64,000 nt of DNA from Candidatus Poribacteria bacterium (GCA_965215265.1 OZ244048.1:1664001-1728000), one strand, 5' to 3'; positions 1 to 10,352 are shown, numbered from the stretch's first letter. Notes: generated from the sequence alone by a model not told the origin. Program-made: numbers and translations.

Positions 1-259
1 GGACATCCGACGGAACATTGTACGTATGCATATCCTCGGAAAAGCGGTATTGTCCTAATACCCCAGCATTGATAACCACATCATCACGGAGAGGTTGTGG
101 ATGGAAAAACATCGGCGGAATAATCGGTGCCCACCCGCCCAATTCCTCTGAAGAGTCCTTGTGTGCGTAGCTCAGGAGCAACGGTTGTAGACAGAATAGC
201 AGCAAAAGCACCCAAATGGACATCCGCTTGAAAAAGTGAATTCTAATATTTGCTCTCAA
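1..259 (-). CDS. Partial putative secreted protein running off the window start
   Basis: AGGAGG then TTG at 259; the frame reads MRANIRIHFFKRMSIWVLLLLFCLQPLLLSYA (signal-peptide-like) and stays open to the edge. Not in the ORF track, and no family recognised. Confidence 0.35.
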   Translation of the reverse strand, partial: MRANIRIHFFKRMSIWVLLLLFCLQPLLLSYAHKDSSEELGGWAPIIPPMFFHPQPLRDDVVINAGVLGQYRFSEDMHTYNVPSDV

Positions 260-292
260 CAGATAAGCCTCCTTTCTGAAAACCAAATCGAA

Positions 293-314
293 TCCGAGCT
301 GCACGCAGATCAGA
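293..314. repeat. Degenerate palindrome just downstream of the FGE-domain gene (DGR-type hairpin candidate)
   Basis: TCCGAGCTGCACGCAGATCAGA differs at 3 positions from the perfect palindrome at 26197-26220 and has a similar position after the stop codon. Confidence 0.7.
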
Positions 315-326
315 AGAGGTAAAGAT

Positions 327-2860
327 TTAAGGCGTTACAGCCCGCGCACACCGGAACCCGATGTAGGTGGTCGCGTCCGTAGGGGGCCTCATGAGGCGAT
401 CGGCGACACGCAGGTTTTGGGCAATGTGGGGCCAACCCCCGCCACGCAACACGCGAGTGGACTTAACACTTGTAAAATCATTTACAATCAGATCCAGATT
501 CGATATGGTGTTCACGTCACTCAGCGGATTCCGAGACGGCGAACTAAAATAGAAATCCGAATCATACGCATCAAGACACCACTCCCACACGTTCCCGGCC
601 ATATCATACAGCCCATACCCGTTCGCCGCATAACTCCCTACAGGACGGGTGTCCCCTACATTCTGACCGTAGTTCGCCCGCGCAGAGGAGATTGTATTCC
701 CCCACGGATACTTTAACCCTGATTTCCCACCCCGCGCTGCTTTCTCCCACTCCGCCTCCGTTGGAAGACGCTTACCTGCCCACGCAGAATATGCTATCGC
801 CGCATACCACGACACATACCTCACAGGATGGTCCCCCTTACCCACTGGATAGTTATTACCTTCCCAACGTCTTAGGTACTTACCATTGTGGAAGGCATCC
901 GGAATACGCCCCTTCTGCCACTCGGGATTCGCAAGCACGAAACGTTGATACTGCGCGTTCGTCACTTCATACTGGTCCATGTAGAACGCATCCACATACA
1001 CCGTATGCACAGGCTGCTCGTCAGCATCGGCATCGGCATCTTTGCTGCCCATCTGGAAGGCGCCTGCGGGGATGAGCACCATCCCTTCGGGGGCCGCCGG
1101 TGCGGTAGTGCGGGTGGCTGGCGGCGGGATTGGGGGCGTATTACCGGCCGTTCGCCGTCTCGGAAATGAAGGCGTTACAGCCCTCGCGCACCGGAACCCG
1201 GCGTCGTTGAACGCGTACGTTGGTGTATTCCTGAGGCGATCGGCGACACGCAGGTAGCGAGTATCATCGTCCCAACTCCCGCCACGCAACACGCGATAAT
1301 GCTTAACATGTGTAAATCCATCTACAATCTCATCCAGATTCGCGAGCATACTGCCAGACACACCACTCAGCGGATTACTAGACGGAGACTCTGAATAGAA
1401 AGCCGCATCATACGCATCAAGACACCACTCCCACACGTTGCCGGCCATGTCATACAGCCCATACCCGTTCGCAGCATAACTCCCCACAGCCGTTGTACCG
1501 CCTACATTACTAACGTAGTTCGCATGCGCAGAGGAGATTGTATTCCCCCACGGATACTTTAACCCTGATCGTCCACCGCGTGCCGCTTTCTCCCACTCCG
1601 CCTCCGTTGGAAGACGCTTACCTACCCACGCCGCATACGCCATCGCACCATACCACGATACATACGTCACAGGATGGTTCGCCTTACCCGAAGGATAGTT
1701 ATTACCTTCCCAGTGATCTAGGTAGGAACCATCGTGGAGATCGGCCGAAATACGCCCCTTTTGCCACTGCGGGTTCGCAAGCACAAACCGCTTGTATTCC
1801 AAATTCGTCACCTCGTGCATGTCCATGTAGAACGCGTCCACATGCACCGTCCGCACAAGCTGCTCGTCAGCATCGGCATCGGCATCTTTGCTGCCCATCT
1901 GGAAGTCGCCTGCGGGGATGAGCACCATCCCTTCGGGGGCCGACGGTGCGGTAGTGCGGGTGGCCGGCGGCGGGATTGGGCGCGTATTACCGGCCGTTCG
2001 CCGTTCCGGAAATGAAGGCGTTACAGCCCTCGCACACCGGAACCCGAAGTTGCTGAACGCGGACGTCGGGGGTGAATCCCCGCGGCGAAAAGCGGCACGC
2101 AGGAGCCGTGCAGGACCGTTCCAACTCCCGCCACGCAACACGCGAAGTGACCTAACATGTGTATAGTCATTTACAATCTCATCCAGATTCGATATGGTGT
2201 TCACGTCGCTCAGCGGATTACGAGCCGGCGAATTAAAATAGAAATCCGAATCATAAGCGTCCAGACACCACTCCCACACGTTCCCTGCCATGTCATATAG
2301 CCCATACCCGTTCGCAGCATAACTCCCCACAGCCGTTGTATAGTTTACATTCCTATCGTAGTTCGCATCGTTCGGCGTTATCGTGTCTCCCCGCGGGTAT
2401 TTCTTACCAACTAACCCACCGCGCGCCGCTTTTTCCCACTCCGCCTCCGTCGGTAGACGCTTACCTGTCCATGCCGCATACGCCATCGCACCATACCACG
2501 ACACATTTACCACCGGATGGTTCGCCTTACCTGCTGGATAGTTATTACCATTCCAATGTTTTAGGTAATTACCATTGTGGAGCGTGCGGGGGATGCGCGT
2601 CTTTTGCCATTGGGGGTTCGCCAGCACAAACCGCTTGTATTCCAGATTCGTCACCTCGTGCGTGTCCATGTAGAACGCGTCCACATGCACCGTGTGCACA
2701 GGCTGCTCGTTATTACCGGCATCGGCAGCCTCACTGCCCATCCGGAATGTGCCACCGGGGATGAGCACCATACCTTCGGGGGCCGCCGGTGCGGTAGTGC
2801 GGGTGGCCGGCGGCGGGATTGGGCGCGTATTACCGGCCGTTCGCCGTTTCGGAAATGAAT
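327..2860 (-). repeat. Three tandem ~845-bp intragenic domain duplications
   Basis: The near-identical linker SFP.RRTAGNT.PIPPPATRTTAP.APEGMVLIP and the FGE cores recur, with unit boundaries near 1170, 2016 and 2860. Confidence 0.9.
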
Positions 2861-3746
2861 ACGCGTAAGGCTTCTGGGTTGTCTGACCTATTTTATTCAG
2901 TTTCCGCTGGTTAGATGAAAGGAACGTTGTCTCATTGAAAAGTTTTTGTGTTTTCTGTTGCGTCAGTGCAAAGACCTCGCGCCACGACAGGAATCTATCA
3001 GAATCTCTATCTGCCTCCGCAGTGAAACTATCGAGCAGTGACACAGTGAAATACCCACCGATATCGTCATTTCCCCAGGCGTATTCACCAGCCGACGCAG
3101 CCGTGATGTCCAGAAAACCGCGATGTTCTAAAAACAGATTTTTGGTGTACCGCCGCTCTCTTGACTGAACTCTGGCGTAACGGCGTGCAATCGTTGGTGG
3201 TGCTTGAACCCGATTACTACACGTGTCCGTAATCAGCAGCTTTAACCGGCCTGCTTTGTCCTTCAACACGTTACGAATTCCATCCCGGGAGACAAAATCG
3301 TTCGTGACTTCCGGGTCAAAGTTGAGAATGTGGGTGCCAAAAGCATCCATACTTCCGTGTCCACTATAGTAGATGAGAACTGTATCATCATCGTTCGGAT
3401 GCAACTCTCGGAGCCATTGACCCACCTGTTTCGCTTTGATAATCCCCTGCTTTTCTTCCTGAATGCCGCGTGAATCGGTGTTGGACAGCGTGAACTCCTT
3501 GACCATTCCGTCGATTTCGGTTTCCGATTTCATCAGAGTCACGTGCACCTCACAGTCTTCGGACACCTGCCTCAGCAAGGTTTGCATCTTACTCTCATTT
3601 TTCTCGACGCTCGTCCGGATATCTGCATCGTTTCCCAGGATTACCAGCAGCGCGTGCACCTTTTGTGCATCGGCTGAGGGGGCGGCAACAAGAAAGGAAA
3701 CCAAGACGAAGAACCCTATAGCGTGGACAACTTGTTTTGCAATCAT
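327..3746 (-). CDS. Secreted caspase-like (peptidase C14) domain protein with three tandem FGE-sulfatase/C-type-lectin-fold domains; probable DGR target
   Basis: N-terminal signal peptide; YYSGHG and ITDTCS match the His/Cys caspase dyad; three ~280-aa repeats with F.MGS, RLPTEAEWEKAARGG, NGYGLYDMAGNVWEW and RVLRGGSW...GFRCAR. Confidence 0.9.
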   Translation of the reverse strand: MIAKQVVHAIGFFVLVSFLVAAPSADAQKVHALLVILGNDADIRTSVEKNESKMQTLLRQVSEDCEVHVTLMKSETEIDGMVKEFTLSNTDSRGIQEEKQGIIKAKQVGQWLRELHPNDDDTVLIYYSGHGSMDAFGTHILNFDPEVTNDFVSRDGIRNVLKDKAGRLKLLITDTCSNRVQAPPTIARRYARVQSRERRYTKNLFLEHRGFLDITAASAGEYAWGNDDIGGYFTVSLLDSFTAEADRDSDRFLSWREVFALTQQKTQKLFNETTFLSSNQRKLNKIGQTTQKPYAYSFPKRRTAGNTRPIPPPATRTTAPAAPEGMVLIPGGTFRMGSEAADAGNNEQPVHTVHVDAFYMDTHEVTNLEYKRFVLANPQWQKTRIPRTLHNGNYLKHWNGNNYPAGKANHPVVNVSWYGAMAYAAWTGKRLPTEAEWEKAARGGLVGKKYPRGDTITPNDANYDRNVNYTTAVGSYAANGYGLYDMAGNVWEWCLDAYDSDFYFNSPARNPLSDVNTISNLDEIVNDYTHVRSLRVLRGGSWNGPARLLRAAFRRGDSPPTSAFSNFGFRCARAVTPSFPERRTAGNTRPIPPPATRTTAPSAPEGMVLIPAGDFQMGSKDADADADEQLVRTVHVDAFYMDMHEVTNLEYKRFVLANPQWQKGRISADLHDGSYLDHWEGNNYPSGKANHPVTYVSWYGAMAYAAWVGKRLPTEAEWEKAARGGRSGLKYPWGNTISSAHANYVSNVGGTTAVGSYAANGYGLYDMAGNVWEWCLDAYDAAFYSESPSSNPLSGVSGSMLANLDEIVDGFTHVKHYRVLRGGSWDDDTRYLRVADRLRNTPTYAFNDAGFRCARAVTPSFPRRRTAGNTPPIPPPATRTTAPAAPEGMVLIPAGAFQMGSKDADADADEQPVHTVYVDAFYMDQYEVTNAQYQRFVLANPEWQKGRIPDAFHNGKYLRRWEGNNYPVGKGDHPVRYVSWYAAIAYSAWAGKRLPTEAEWEKAARGGKSGLKYPWGNTISSARANYGQNVGDTRPVGSYAANGYGLYDMAGNVWEWCLDAYDSDFYFSSPSRNPLSDVNTISNLDLIVNDFTSVKSTRVLRGGGWPHIAQNLRVADRLMRPPTDATTYIGFRCARAVTP

Positions 3747-3806
3747 CTCCTCCTCCTAAAAGACATTTCGCATTACCTACAACGAGTTAGATTTCTATGC
3801 TACACA

Positions 3807-3835
3807 ATTATAGAGTAAAAAACATTTTTAGTCAA
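3807..3835 (-). promoter_or_regulatory. Sigma70-type promoter for the caspase-FGE gene
   Basis: TTGACT-N17-TATAAT on the minus strand, ~60 bp upstream of the ATG. Confidence 0.65.
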
Positions 3836-3912
3836 GAAAAATTTAAACCGTTGATAGGCATACCGCACCAATCGCCCGGTATGCCTACTGGTAAGTGCAG
3901 ATACTTCCGCTG

Positions 3913-4860
3913 TTAGAATCCGAGTTGTTTGTTGACAACATTCTGCAGTAGTTCTCCTTTGAGGTACCGTTCAAGATTATCAAGGAAAAATTCCGTTGCT
4001 CGGCGTGCCCGATGTTGGGAGCCGCCTGCAGCGTGTGGGGTTATGATGACGTTGTCTAAATCCCACAATGGGCTCTCTTTAGGCAGCGGTTCCACTTCTG
4101 TAACATCCAATCCTGCGCCTGCAATTTTGCCTGCCTGCAGCACCTCAATGAGGTCAGGTTCGTTGACAATGGGCCCGCGTGCGACGTTAATAAAAAAGGC
4201 TGTGGATTGCATGACACCTAGGTTGCTGGCGTTAATCAGGCCGCGTGTCTCCTCCGTTAATGGACACGCAATCATGACGATATCGACGCGGCTCATCGCG
4301 TCTGCGAGCTGCGCTATGGGCAGCAGTTCATCAACGTTGTCGGGTTTATCGGTGCGATAGGCATCGACTCCGATGACGTACATATCAAACCCTTTTGCGC
4401 GTTTAGTCATCTGCATGCCGATGCCTCCCAGGCCGACAATGCAGATTTTGAAACCGTCAATTTCAATCATAGGCGACTTGCTACCGCCCCACTGATGGTT
4501 ATCTTGGTTTCGCACGAAATGGTGGATACCGCGTGCCAAACCGAGGAGTAACGCGAATGCCTGGTCGGCGACGTGAGGTCCGTATAACCCAGCGGCGTTC
4601 GTTAATACGACATCACTGTTGCGGAGGGCCGGATACATGTGCCGGTCCATGCCCGCGCTGGATGCCTGAATCCATTTGATGTTAGGTAGGTGTGGGAAAA
4701 TCTCTTCGCTACAGAAGCCGTAGAAGACCTCGGCATCTTTCCCCTCTTCAACGAGTTCCTCGCGTGAACTAGGTGTGACGAAGGTGTGTTCATCGCCTGC
4801 AATGTCTTCTAAGCGTTTGAGGAGTTCGCCTTCTAAACGTCCTTGTAATAAAATTTTCAT
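3913..4860 (-). CDS. D-2-hydroxyacid dehydrogenase family protein
   Basis: GLGGIG Rossmann motif, INVARG, LDVTEVEPLP, ITPH. Confidence 0.9.
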   Translation of the reverse strand: MKILLQGRLEGELLKRLEDIAGDEHTFVTPSSREELVEEGKDAEVFYGFCSEEIFPHLPNIKWIQASSAGMDRHMYPALRNSDVVLTNAAGLYGPHVADQAFALLLGLARGIHHFVRNQDNHQWGGSKSPMIEIDGFKICIVGLGGIGMQMTKRAKGFDMYVIGVDAYRTDKPDNVDELLPIAQLADAMSRVDIVMIACPLTEETRGLINASNLGVMQSTAFFINVARGPIVNEPDLIEVLQAGKIAGAGLDVTEVEPLPKESPLWDLDNVIITPHAAGGSQHRARRATEFFLDNLERYLKGELLQNVVNKQLGF

Positions 4861-4948
4861 AAATTCATGTCCCTTTCTAATCTCATATTGGTAGTTTTCA
4901 CGGATGGATTGTCGTCAGGAACGTCCTGTGCTTTTCCATCCTTCCTTT

Positions 4949-5848
4949 CTATTCCTGCCATGGTGGGGTTTCTGGTAACAATTCCTGAAAGGTGCTCAGC
5001 AGTTGTTCCGCGTAGGGACCTGCGTATTGTTGGTTAAAAAATAGATGCATGGCTTCGTCAAGGAACTGTGCCCAGGAGGTATCTTCGGCACCAGGGTTGA
5101 CAGGAAAAAATAGAGCCCCTACGTCGCGTGCTGCTTTTAAGTCGCCGGGCGAATCTCCGAGCATCAAGACGTGGTTTTCAGGGTATCTATCTTTCGTGGT
5201 AATAGTCAGATGTTCTGTTTTACTTCCCATTTCCTGTCCGGCGATGAGCGCGACGTACGAGTCGAGGCGGTGTTCAGCCCATTCGCGTCTGAGTGCCTCA
5301 TCCGGCGTAGCAGAAACGACGATGACATCTGCTTTACCTTGGAGGCTTTGCAGCGTTTCGTGCACGCCGGGAAACGGGGGCAGGTTGTAGACAATCTCTG
5401 CAACGCTTTCGTTCACGCCGAGGCTCCATTCCATAACCTGACTCAGTTCGTCTCGTCTTTCACCGGTTGCAGTGTCAATCGCTTGTTGAAGGGCGGGGTT
5501 GCCGAGTTTGGTTTCCGTTTCCGTCCATTCCCGCAAGTGAGGGAGTTCTGGTACGTTCACACCCATTTTCTGGACGAGGGGCATTTCACGTAAGAAATCA
5601 CACGAGAGCAGGATTGCTTTAAACCGGTTGGTGCCACGTGTCGTGGAGTAGAGATTGACAAAATCCCACACCTGATGCACCTGTCGGGAAATAGAGGCGA
5701 GCCCGAAATGTTTAACTAGGTTGACGCTGAAACAGTCGTTGTGTTTTACCTCCATGCTGTTGAAAACACAACCGTCAGAATCAATTCCGACGAAAAAGTC
5801 GTGTTGGGGTTGAAAGGCGTGTAGTGCTTGTTGTGGTTCGTGAGCCAC
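4949..5848 (-). CDS. HAD-superfamily hydrolase
   Basis: Motif I GIDSDG, VVSAT, and motif IV MLGDSPGD. Confidence 0.8.
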   Translation of the reverse strand: MAHEPQQALHAFQPQHDFFVGIDSDGCVFNSMEVKHNDCFSVNLVKHFGLASISRQVHQVWDFVNLYSTTRGTNRFKAILLSCDFLREMPLVQKMGVNVPELPHLREWTETETKLGNPALQQAIDTATGERRDELSQVMEWSLGVNESVAEIVYNLPPFPGVHETLQSLQGKADVIVVSATPDEALRREWAEHRLDSYVALIAGQEMGSKTEHLTITTKDRYPENHVLMLGDSPGDLKAARDVGALFFPVNPGAEDTSWAQFLDEAMHLFFNQQYAGPYAEQLLSTFQELLPETPPWQE

Positions 5849-5874
5849 TCTTTTCCTCCTTTGTGCTGCTCAAA

Positions 5875-7338
5875 TTATTCGACAATGACTTCTGGGCGGC
5901 CGTCTAACATCCATTCGGTGTGGAATACGGTCGGTTCACCATCTTTCCCGAGTACGGGGTTTCCATTTCGATCGAGTTTATGGTAGGTATGCGCGCCGAA
6001 GTAATCACGCATTGCCTGAATCAGATTCGCCGAAAGTCTACCGCTGCGGTAACTGTCGAAATAGGCAAGGGCGGAGCTGAACGCCGGTATCGGGATGCCG
6101 AGTTGCGTCGCAGTGGCGATGACATGCCGCCAGTGCGGCTGCGCGTTCTCGATGACTTCACGGAAATAGTCATCGAGCAACAGGTTCGGCAAAGCGCTGT
6201 TTCTCTCAAATGCTTCCGCGATGCGATGCAAGAATTTCGCGCGGATGATACAGCCGCCCCGCCATCCTAAACTAATGCTACCGAGGTTCAAGTCCCAATC
6301 AAACTCCCGGCTCGCTTCACGCATCAAGGCGAACCCTTGTGCATAAGAGCAGATCTTGGCGGCGTAAAGCGCGTCGTGAATCGCTTTGAGGAATGCATCA
6401 CGGTCGCCTTGGTATATGCCACTGGGGCCCTTGATAATTTGTGATGCATCTACCCGTTCGTTTTTAATCGCGGAGATACAGCGTGCAAAAACTGCTTCAG
6501 CAATAGTCGGTGCGGCGATACCGAGGTCGAGGGCGGAAATGCTCGTCCATTTACCCGTGCCTTTCTGCCCAGCCCCATCTAGCACAACATCAACGAAAGG
6601 GGTGCCGCTTGCATCTGATTGGGTGAAGATGTCAGCGGTAATTTCAATGAGGTAGGAATTCAGTTCACCGCGATTCCATTGGCTGAAAACTTCGTGCATC
6701 TCAGGTGCGTTCATCCCCAATGTATTTTGCATCAGTGCGTATGCTTCGCAGATGAGTTGCATATCGCCGTATTCGATGCCGTTATGCACCATTTTGACGT
6801 AATGCCCCGCACCGTTGGGACCGATATAAGAACAGCACGGTACACCATCCACCTGCGCTGCAATCTGCGTAAAGATCGGCTCAACCAGGGCGTAAGCCTC
6901 TAGTGAACCGCCCGGCATCATTGCCGGTCCCTTGAGGGCCCCTTCCTCTCCACCGGAGATTCCAGTGCCAATGAAGAGGATATCGTGTTCAGCAAGTTGT
7001 GCATGGCGGCGCATTGTATCCATGAAATTGGAATTGCCACCATCAATAATCAGATCGCCTTTTGAGAGGTGGGGTATTAATTGTTCGATAAATCCGTCAA
7101 CAGGTTCCCCCGCCTTGACCATTAAAATAATCTTGCGCGGTGTTTTCAATTTCGCAATCAGTTCTGAAATAGAATGCGCGCCTATGATATTTTTTTGCTT
7201 CGCGGCACCTGTGATGAAATCGTCAACTCTTGACACGGTGCGATTGAAGACTGCAACGTCGAACCCTCTGCTCTCTATGTTAAGCGCCAGGTTCTCTCCC
7301 ATGACTGCCAATCCGATAAGTCCGATATCTGCTGCCAA
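5875..7338 (-). CDS. gnd: NADP-dependent 6-phosphogluconate dehydrogenase
   Basis: IGLIGLAVMG, VKMVHNGIEYGDMQLI, GQKGTGKW, QAMRDYFGAHTY. Confidence 0.97.
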   Translation of the reverse strand: MAADIGLIGLAVMGENLALNIESRGFDVAVFNRTVSRVDDFITGAAKQKNIIGAHSISELIAKLKTPRKIILMVKAGEPVDGFIEQLIPHLSKGDLIIDGGNSNFMDTMRRHAQLAEHDILFIGTGISGGEEGALKGPAMMPGGSLEAYALVEPIFTQIAAQVDGVPCCSYIGPNGAGHYVKMVHNGIEYGDMQLICEAYALMQNTLGMNAPEMHEVFSQWNRGELNSYLIEITADIFTQSDASGTPFVDVVLDGAGQKGTGKWTSISALDLGIAAPTIAEAVFARCISAIKNERVDASQIIKGPSGIYQGDRDAFLKAIHDALYAAKICSYAQGFALMREASREFDWDLNLGSISLGWRGGCIIRAKFLHRIAEAFERNSALPNLLLDDYFREVIENAQPHWRHVIATATQLGIPIPAFSSALAYFDSYRSGRLSANLIQAMRDYFGAHTYHKLDRNGNPVLGKDGEPTVFHTEWMLDGRPEVIVE

Positions 7339-7479
7339 ATTTGTGTTCCTCCGATTATTTTTGATTTGTTTGATTGTATAATAGTTGTGTGATTATGTCA
7401 ACCAAAAAAAGCAGGTATATTTGTGTTCTAAAACTGTCTAAAGTGGTATTAGCTGCTGCTGGTAACTCAAAAGATGAAT

Positions 7480-7507
7480 TTGACAAAAGCGTAAAACCGG
7501 GTATAAT
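7480..7507 (+). promoter_or_regulatory. Sigma70-type promoter
   Basis: TTGACA-N16-TATAAT upstream of the SDR gene. Confidence 0.6.
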
Positions 7508-7650
7508 TAAACTTAACGAAGGTTAAATTTCTTACGATAAAGCGGATTGCTAGTAAGCTTTGGGCTATTCACGCAATTAAAAGACGAGAAGTTAACAGAC
7601 CCTCTGTTTAAGCGGGGATCGGAATTATACACAATAAGAGGAAAGCTTTA

Positions 7651-8424
7651 ATGGTACTCAAAGATCGCGTCAGCATCGTGACAGGTGGTAGTTCAGGCAT
7701 CGGGCGCGGAATCGCGCTTGAATTTGCACGCGAGGGTGCGCGTGTTATCATCGCGGATAAGCAGGAGGCACCGCTTCAAGGTAAATATCACGAAATGGAT
7801 GTTACAACGCCAACCGTTGCAGAAATTGAGAAACTGGGGGCGGAAGGAAGATTCATCCAAACCGATGTCGCCGATGAATCACAAGTAGCAGAAATGATTC
7901 AGCAGACCGTCCAACACTTCGGCGGTGTGGACATTCTGGTTAATAACGCCGGTATCCATATCCCTGGTGGCATACAAGCCATCTCGATTGCGGATTGGGA
8001 CCTAGTAGTTCGTGTTAACCTCCGTGGGGTTTTTGTGGCAACTAAACTCGTCATCCCCCATTTGAAAGCATCTAAATTTGGAAGAATTATCCAGATTGCG
8101 TCTGTGCATGCCTACGGTGGCGGGGCGGGTCCTGCGTACGCTCCGGCGAAAGCAGGGGTTATCAACCTTGTTCGCGATACTGCGTTAGAATTGGGACAAT
8201 TCGGGATCACTGTCAATGCTATCTGCCCTGGTTATATCGAGACAGCCATTCAAGACTACCTCACCCCGGAACAGATTGCGGAAGCGTTGGAGAAGACCGC
8301 TCTGCCACGTTTTGGACTGCCGAGAGACATCGGGCGGGCAGCGGTCTTCCTCGCGTCCGACGATGCAGAATGGATTACCGGTGCTTCCTTATTGGTTGAT
8401 GGTGGTTTTGCTGCTGGGATTTAG
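7651..8424 (+). CDS. Short-chain dehydrogenase/reductase (FabG-like)
   Basis: TGGSSGIG, NNAG, YAPAK, NAICPG, VDGG. Confidence 0.93.
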   Translation: MVLKDRVSIVTGGSSGIGRGIALEFAREGARVIIADKQEAPLQGKYHEMDVTTPTVAEIEKLGAEGRFIQTDVADESQVAEMIQQTVQHFGGVDILVNNAGIHIPGGIQAISIADWDLVVRVNLRGVFVATKLVIPHLKASKFGRIIQIASVHAYGGGAGPAYAPAKAGVINLVRDTALELGQFGITVNAICPGYIETAIQDYLTPEQIAEALEKTALPRFGLPRDIGRAAVFLASDDAEWITGASLLVDGGFAAGI

Positions 8425-8559
8425 GGGGACGTGCTATCCGCTATCTATGATGCGCGATGGTTGCGAACATCACTAAACGTCTTTTGCGGATTTACGTCAA
8501 ATTCCCTATACCTTTCAATATCCTAACATCTTAATTGAAAACATCTTTGCCTAGCAAAG

Positions 8560-10344
8560 ATGTCAGAAAGGAATTTGACAATTCGCAGTTTATTCGGTTT
8601 AAAAAAATATATCATTCGATATAGGTATGCCATTGCAATAAGTTTTACGCTGGTGCTTTTAACCAATAGCATTCTGCTTGTCAGCCCCAAAATTCTTCAG
8701 ACGGTGGTTGATGAATTGGAACGTGCGTATAAAGATCCAAACCAGACGGTATCAACGGGAAGGCTTGTCTTTTTCTCTGCACTGATTTTGGGTGTCGCCG
8801 TTTTCGCAGGCATTTTGCGATTCGCGCAACGTCGCACGATTCAAGGTGTCGCGCGGCAGATGGAGTATCATCTCCGTGCAGATTTCTTCTTGCATCTCCA
8901 AAAACTTTCAGCCGCTTATTACGATAACGTCCGCACCGGAGATCTGATGACGCGTGCCACGAGCGATTTGAACGCGATCCGCATGGTGCTAAGCAGTGCG
9001 ATAATGTACACCGCGGATGCGACAGTCTTTTTTGGATTGGCACTGATTATCATGTTGCGTATTGATGCAAGTTTGACCCTTCTCGCCCTTCTACCTTATC
9101 CAATTCTTGCCGTTTTAATTCGGCAGCTCGGGAAACGTTTACACGTGCACTACGAGAGCATCCAAGCAGCCTTTTCAACGCTGAACACGAAAGTACAGGA
9201 AAACCTCTCCGGGGTTCGGGTGGTAAAGGCCTATACGCTTGAAGGTAGCGAGATTGAGCATTTTAGAGAACTTAATGAGGAGTTTGTTGGACGTAACCAT
9301 CGGCAAATTCGGCTGATGACGTTCTTTTTTCCACTCTTCCGTTTTCTACCGGGGATCGGCGGTGTCGTTTTGCTCTGGATGGGCGGGTTCCATGTGATAC
9401 AAGGAAAAATTACCTTTGGGGATTTTGTAGCGTTCAATGCGTATTTAATGATGTTGGTACGCCCGATGATTACCCTCGGTTTTATTGTGAATACCTTTGA
9501 GCGTGGCGCAGCATCTATGGATAGGATAAACGTGATTCTCAACGAAAAGCCTGAAATCTATGATAGCGAGGACGTGAAGTACGATATAAAAACTGTTGAA
9601 GGCGAAATTGAATTTAAGAATTTAAGTTTTGCTTATCCGGACGGACATCCGGTACTTAAGGATATTAATCTGAAGATTGCTCGAGGTTCCACACTTGCAA
9701 TTGTCGGTGGAACGGGTTCAGGAAAATCGACGCTGGTCAGTCTAATTCCGCGGGTTCGTCAAGCCGAACGCGGGATGGTGTTTATTGATGGCATTGACAT
9801 CCAAGATATACCGCTAAAAGTGCTACGTTCTCATATTGGATTTGTTGAGCAGGAGCCGTTTCTATTTTCAGACTATTTGCGGAATAACATCGCCTACGGT
9901 GTCGATACACCTAATGATGAGCAGTTAAAACAGGCGGTATACACTGCAGATCTGCTTGCACAAATTGAAGAATTCCCTGATGGGTTAGAAACCCGTCTCG
10001 GAGAACGCGGGCTGACAATTTCAGGTGGCCAACGCCAACGCAGCGCACTCGCCCGCGCGATTCTGATTAAGCCACAGATTCTCATTCTCGACGATGCCTT
10101 CGCGAGTGTCGATACGCAGACAGAAGACACGATTCTGAGCCGGTTAAAAGAGATTATGGTAGCGCGAACGACTATCCTCATTTCACACCGGATTTCGACG
10201 GTTAAAGACGCAGACCAGATTGTTGTGCTAAACGAAGGACGCATCGCAGAAAGCGGTACACATGAAGAGCTGCTCCAACTAAATGGAATTTACACCGGTA
10301 TCTATGAGACCCAACTCTTGCAAGAGGAACTTGCTGAACTTTAA
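8560..10344 (+). CDS. Heterodimeric ABC exporter, permease/ATPase subunit (MdlA/YheI-like)
   Basis: Transmembrane domain plus GGTGSGKS, ISGGQRQR and degenerate Walker B ILDD. Confidence 0.9.
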   Translation: MSERNLTIRSLFGLKKYIIRYRYAIAISFTLVLLTNSILLVSPKILQTVVDELERAYKDPNQTVSTGRLVFFSALILGVAVFAGILRFAQRRTIQGVARQMEYHLRADFFLHLQKLSAAYYDNVRTGDLMTRATSDLNAIRMVLSSAIMYTADATVFFGLALIIMLRIDASLTLLALLPYPILAVLIRQLGKRLHVHYESIQAAFSTLNTKVQENLSGVRVVKAYTLEGSEIEHFRELNEEFVGRNHRQIRLMTFFFPLFRFLPGIGGVVLLWMGGFHVIQGKITFGDFVAFNAYLMMLVRPMITLGFIVNTFERGAASMDRINVILNEKPEIYDSEDVKYDIKTVEGEIEFKNLSFAYPDGHPVLKDINLKIARGSTLAIVGGTGSGKSTLVSLIPRVRQAERGMVFIDGIDIQDIPLKVLRSHIGFVEQEPFLFSDYLRNNIAYGVDTPNDEQLKQAVYTADLLAQIEEFPDGLETRLGERGLTISGGQRQRSALARAILIKPQILILDDAFASVDTQTEDTILSRLKEIMVARTTILISHRISTVKDADQIVVLNEGRIAESGTHEELLQLNGIYTGIYETQLLQEELAEL

Positions 10345-10352
10345 AGGAGAAT

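Noticed and set aside
327-3746. True formylglycine-generating enzyme (sulfatase maturation)
   Set aside because: The catalytic Cys pair following RGGS is absent; that region is the hypervariable segment.
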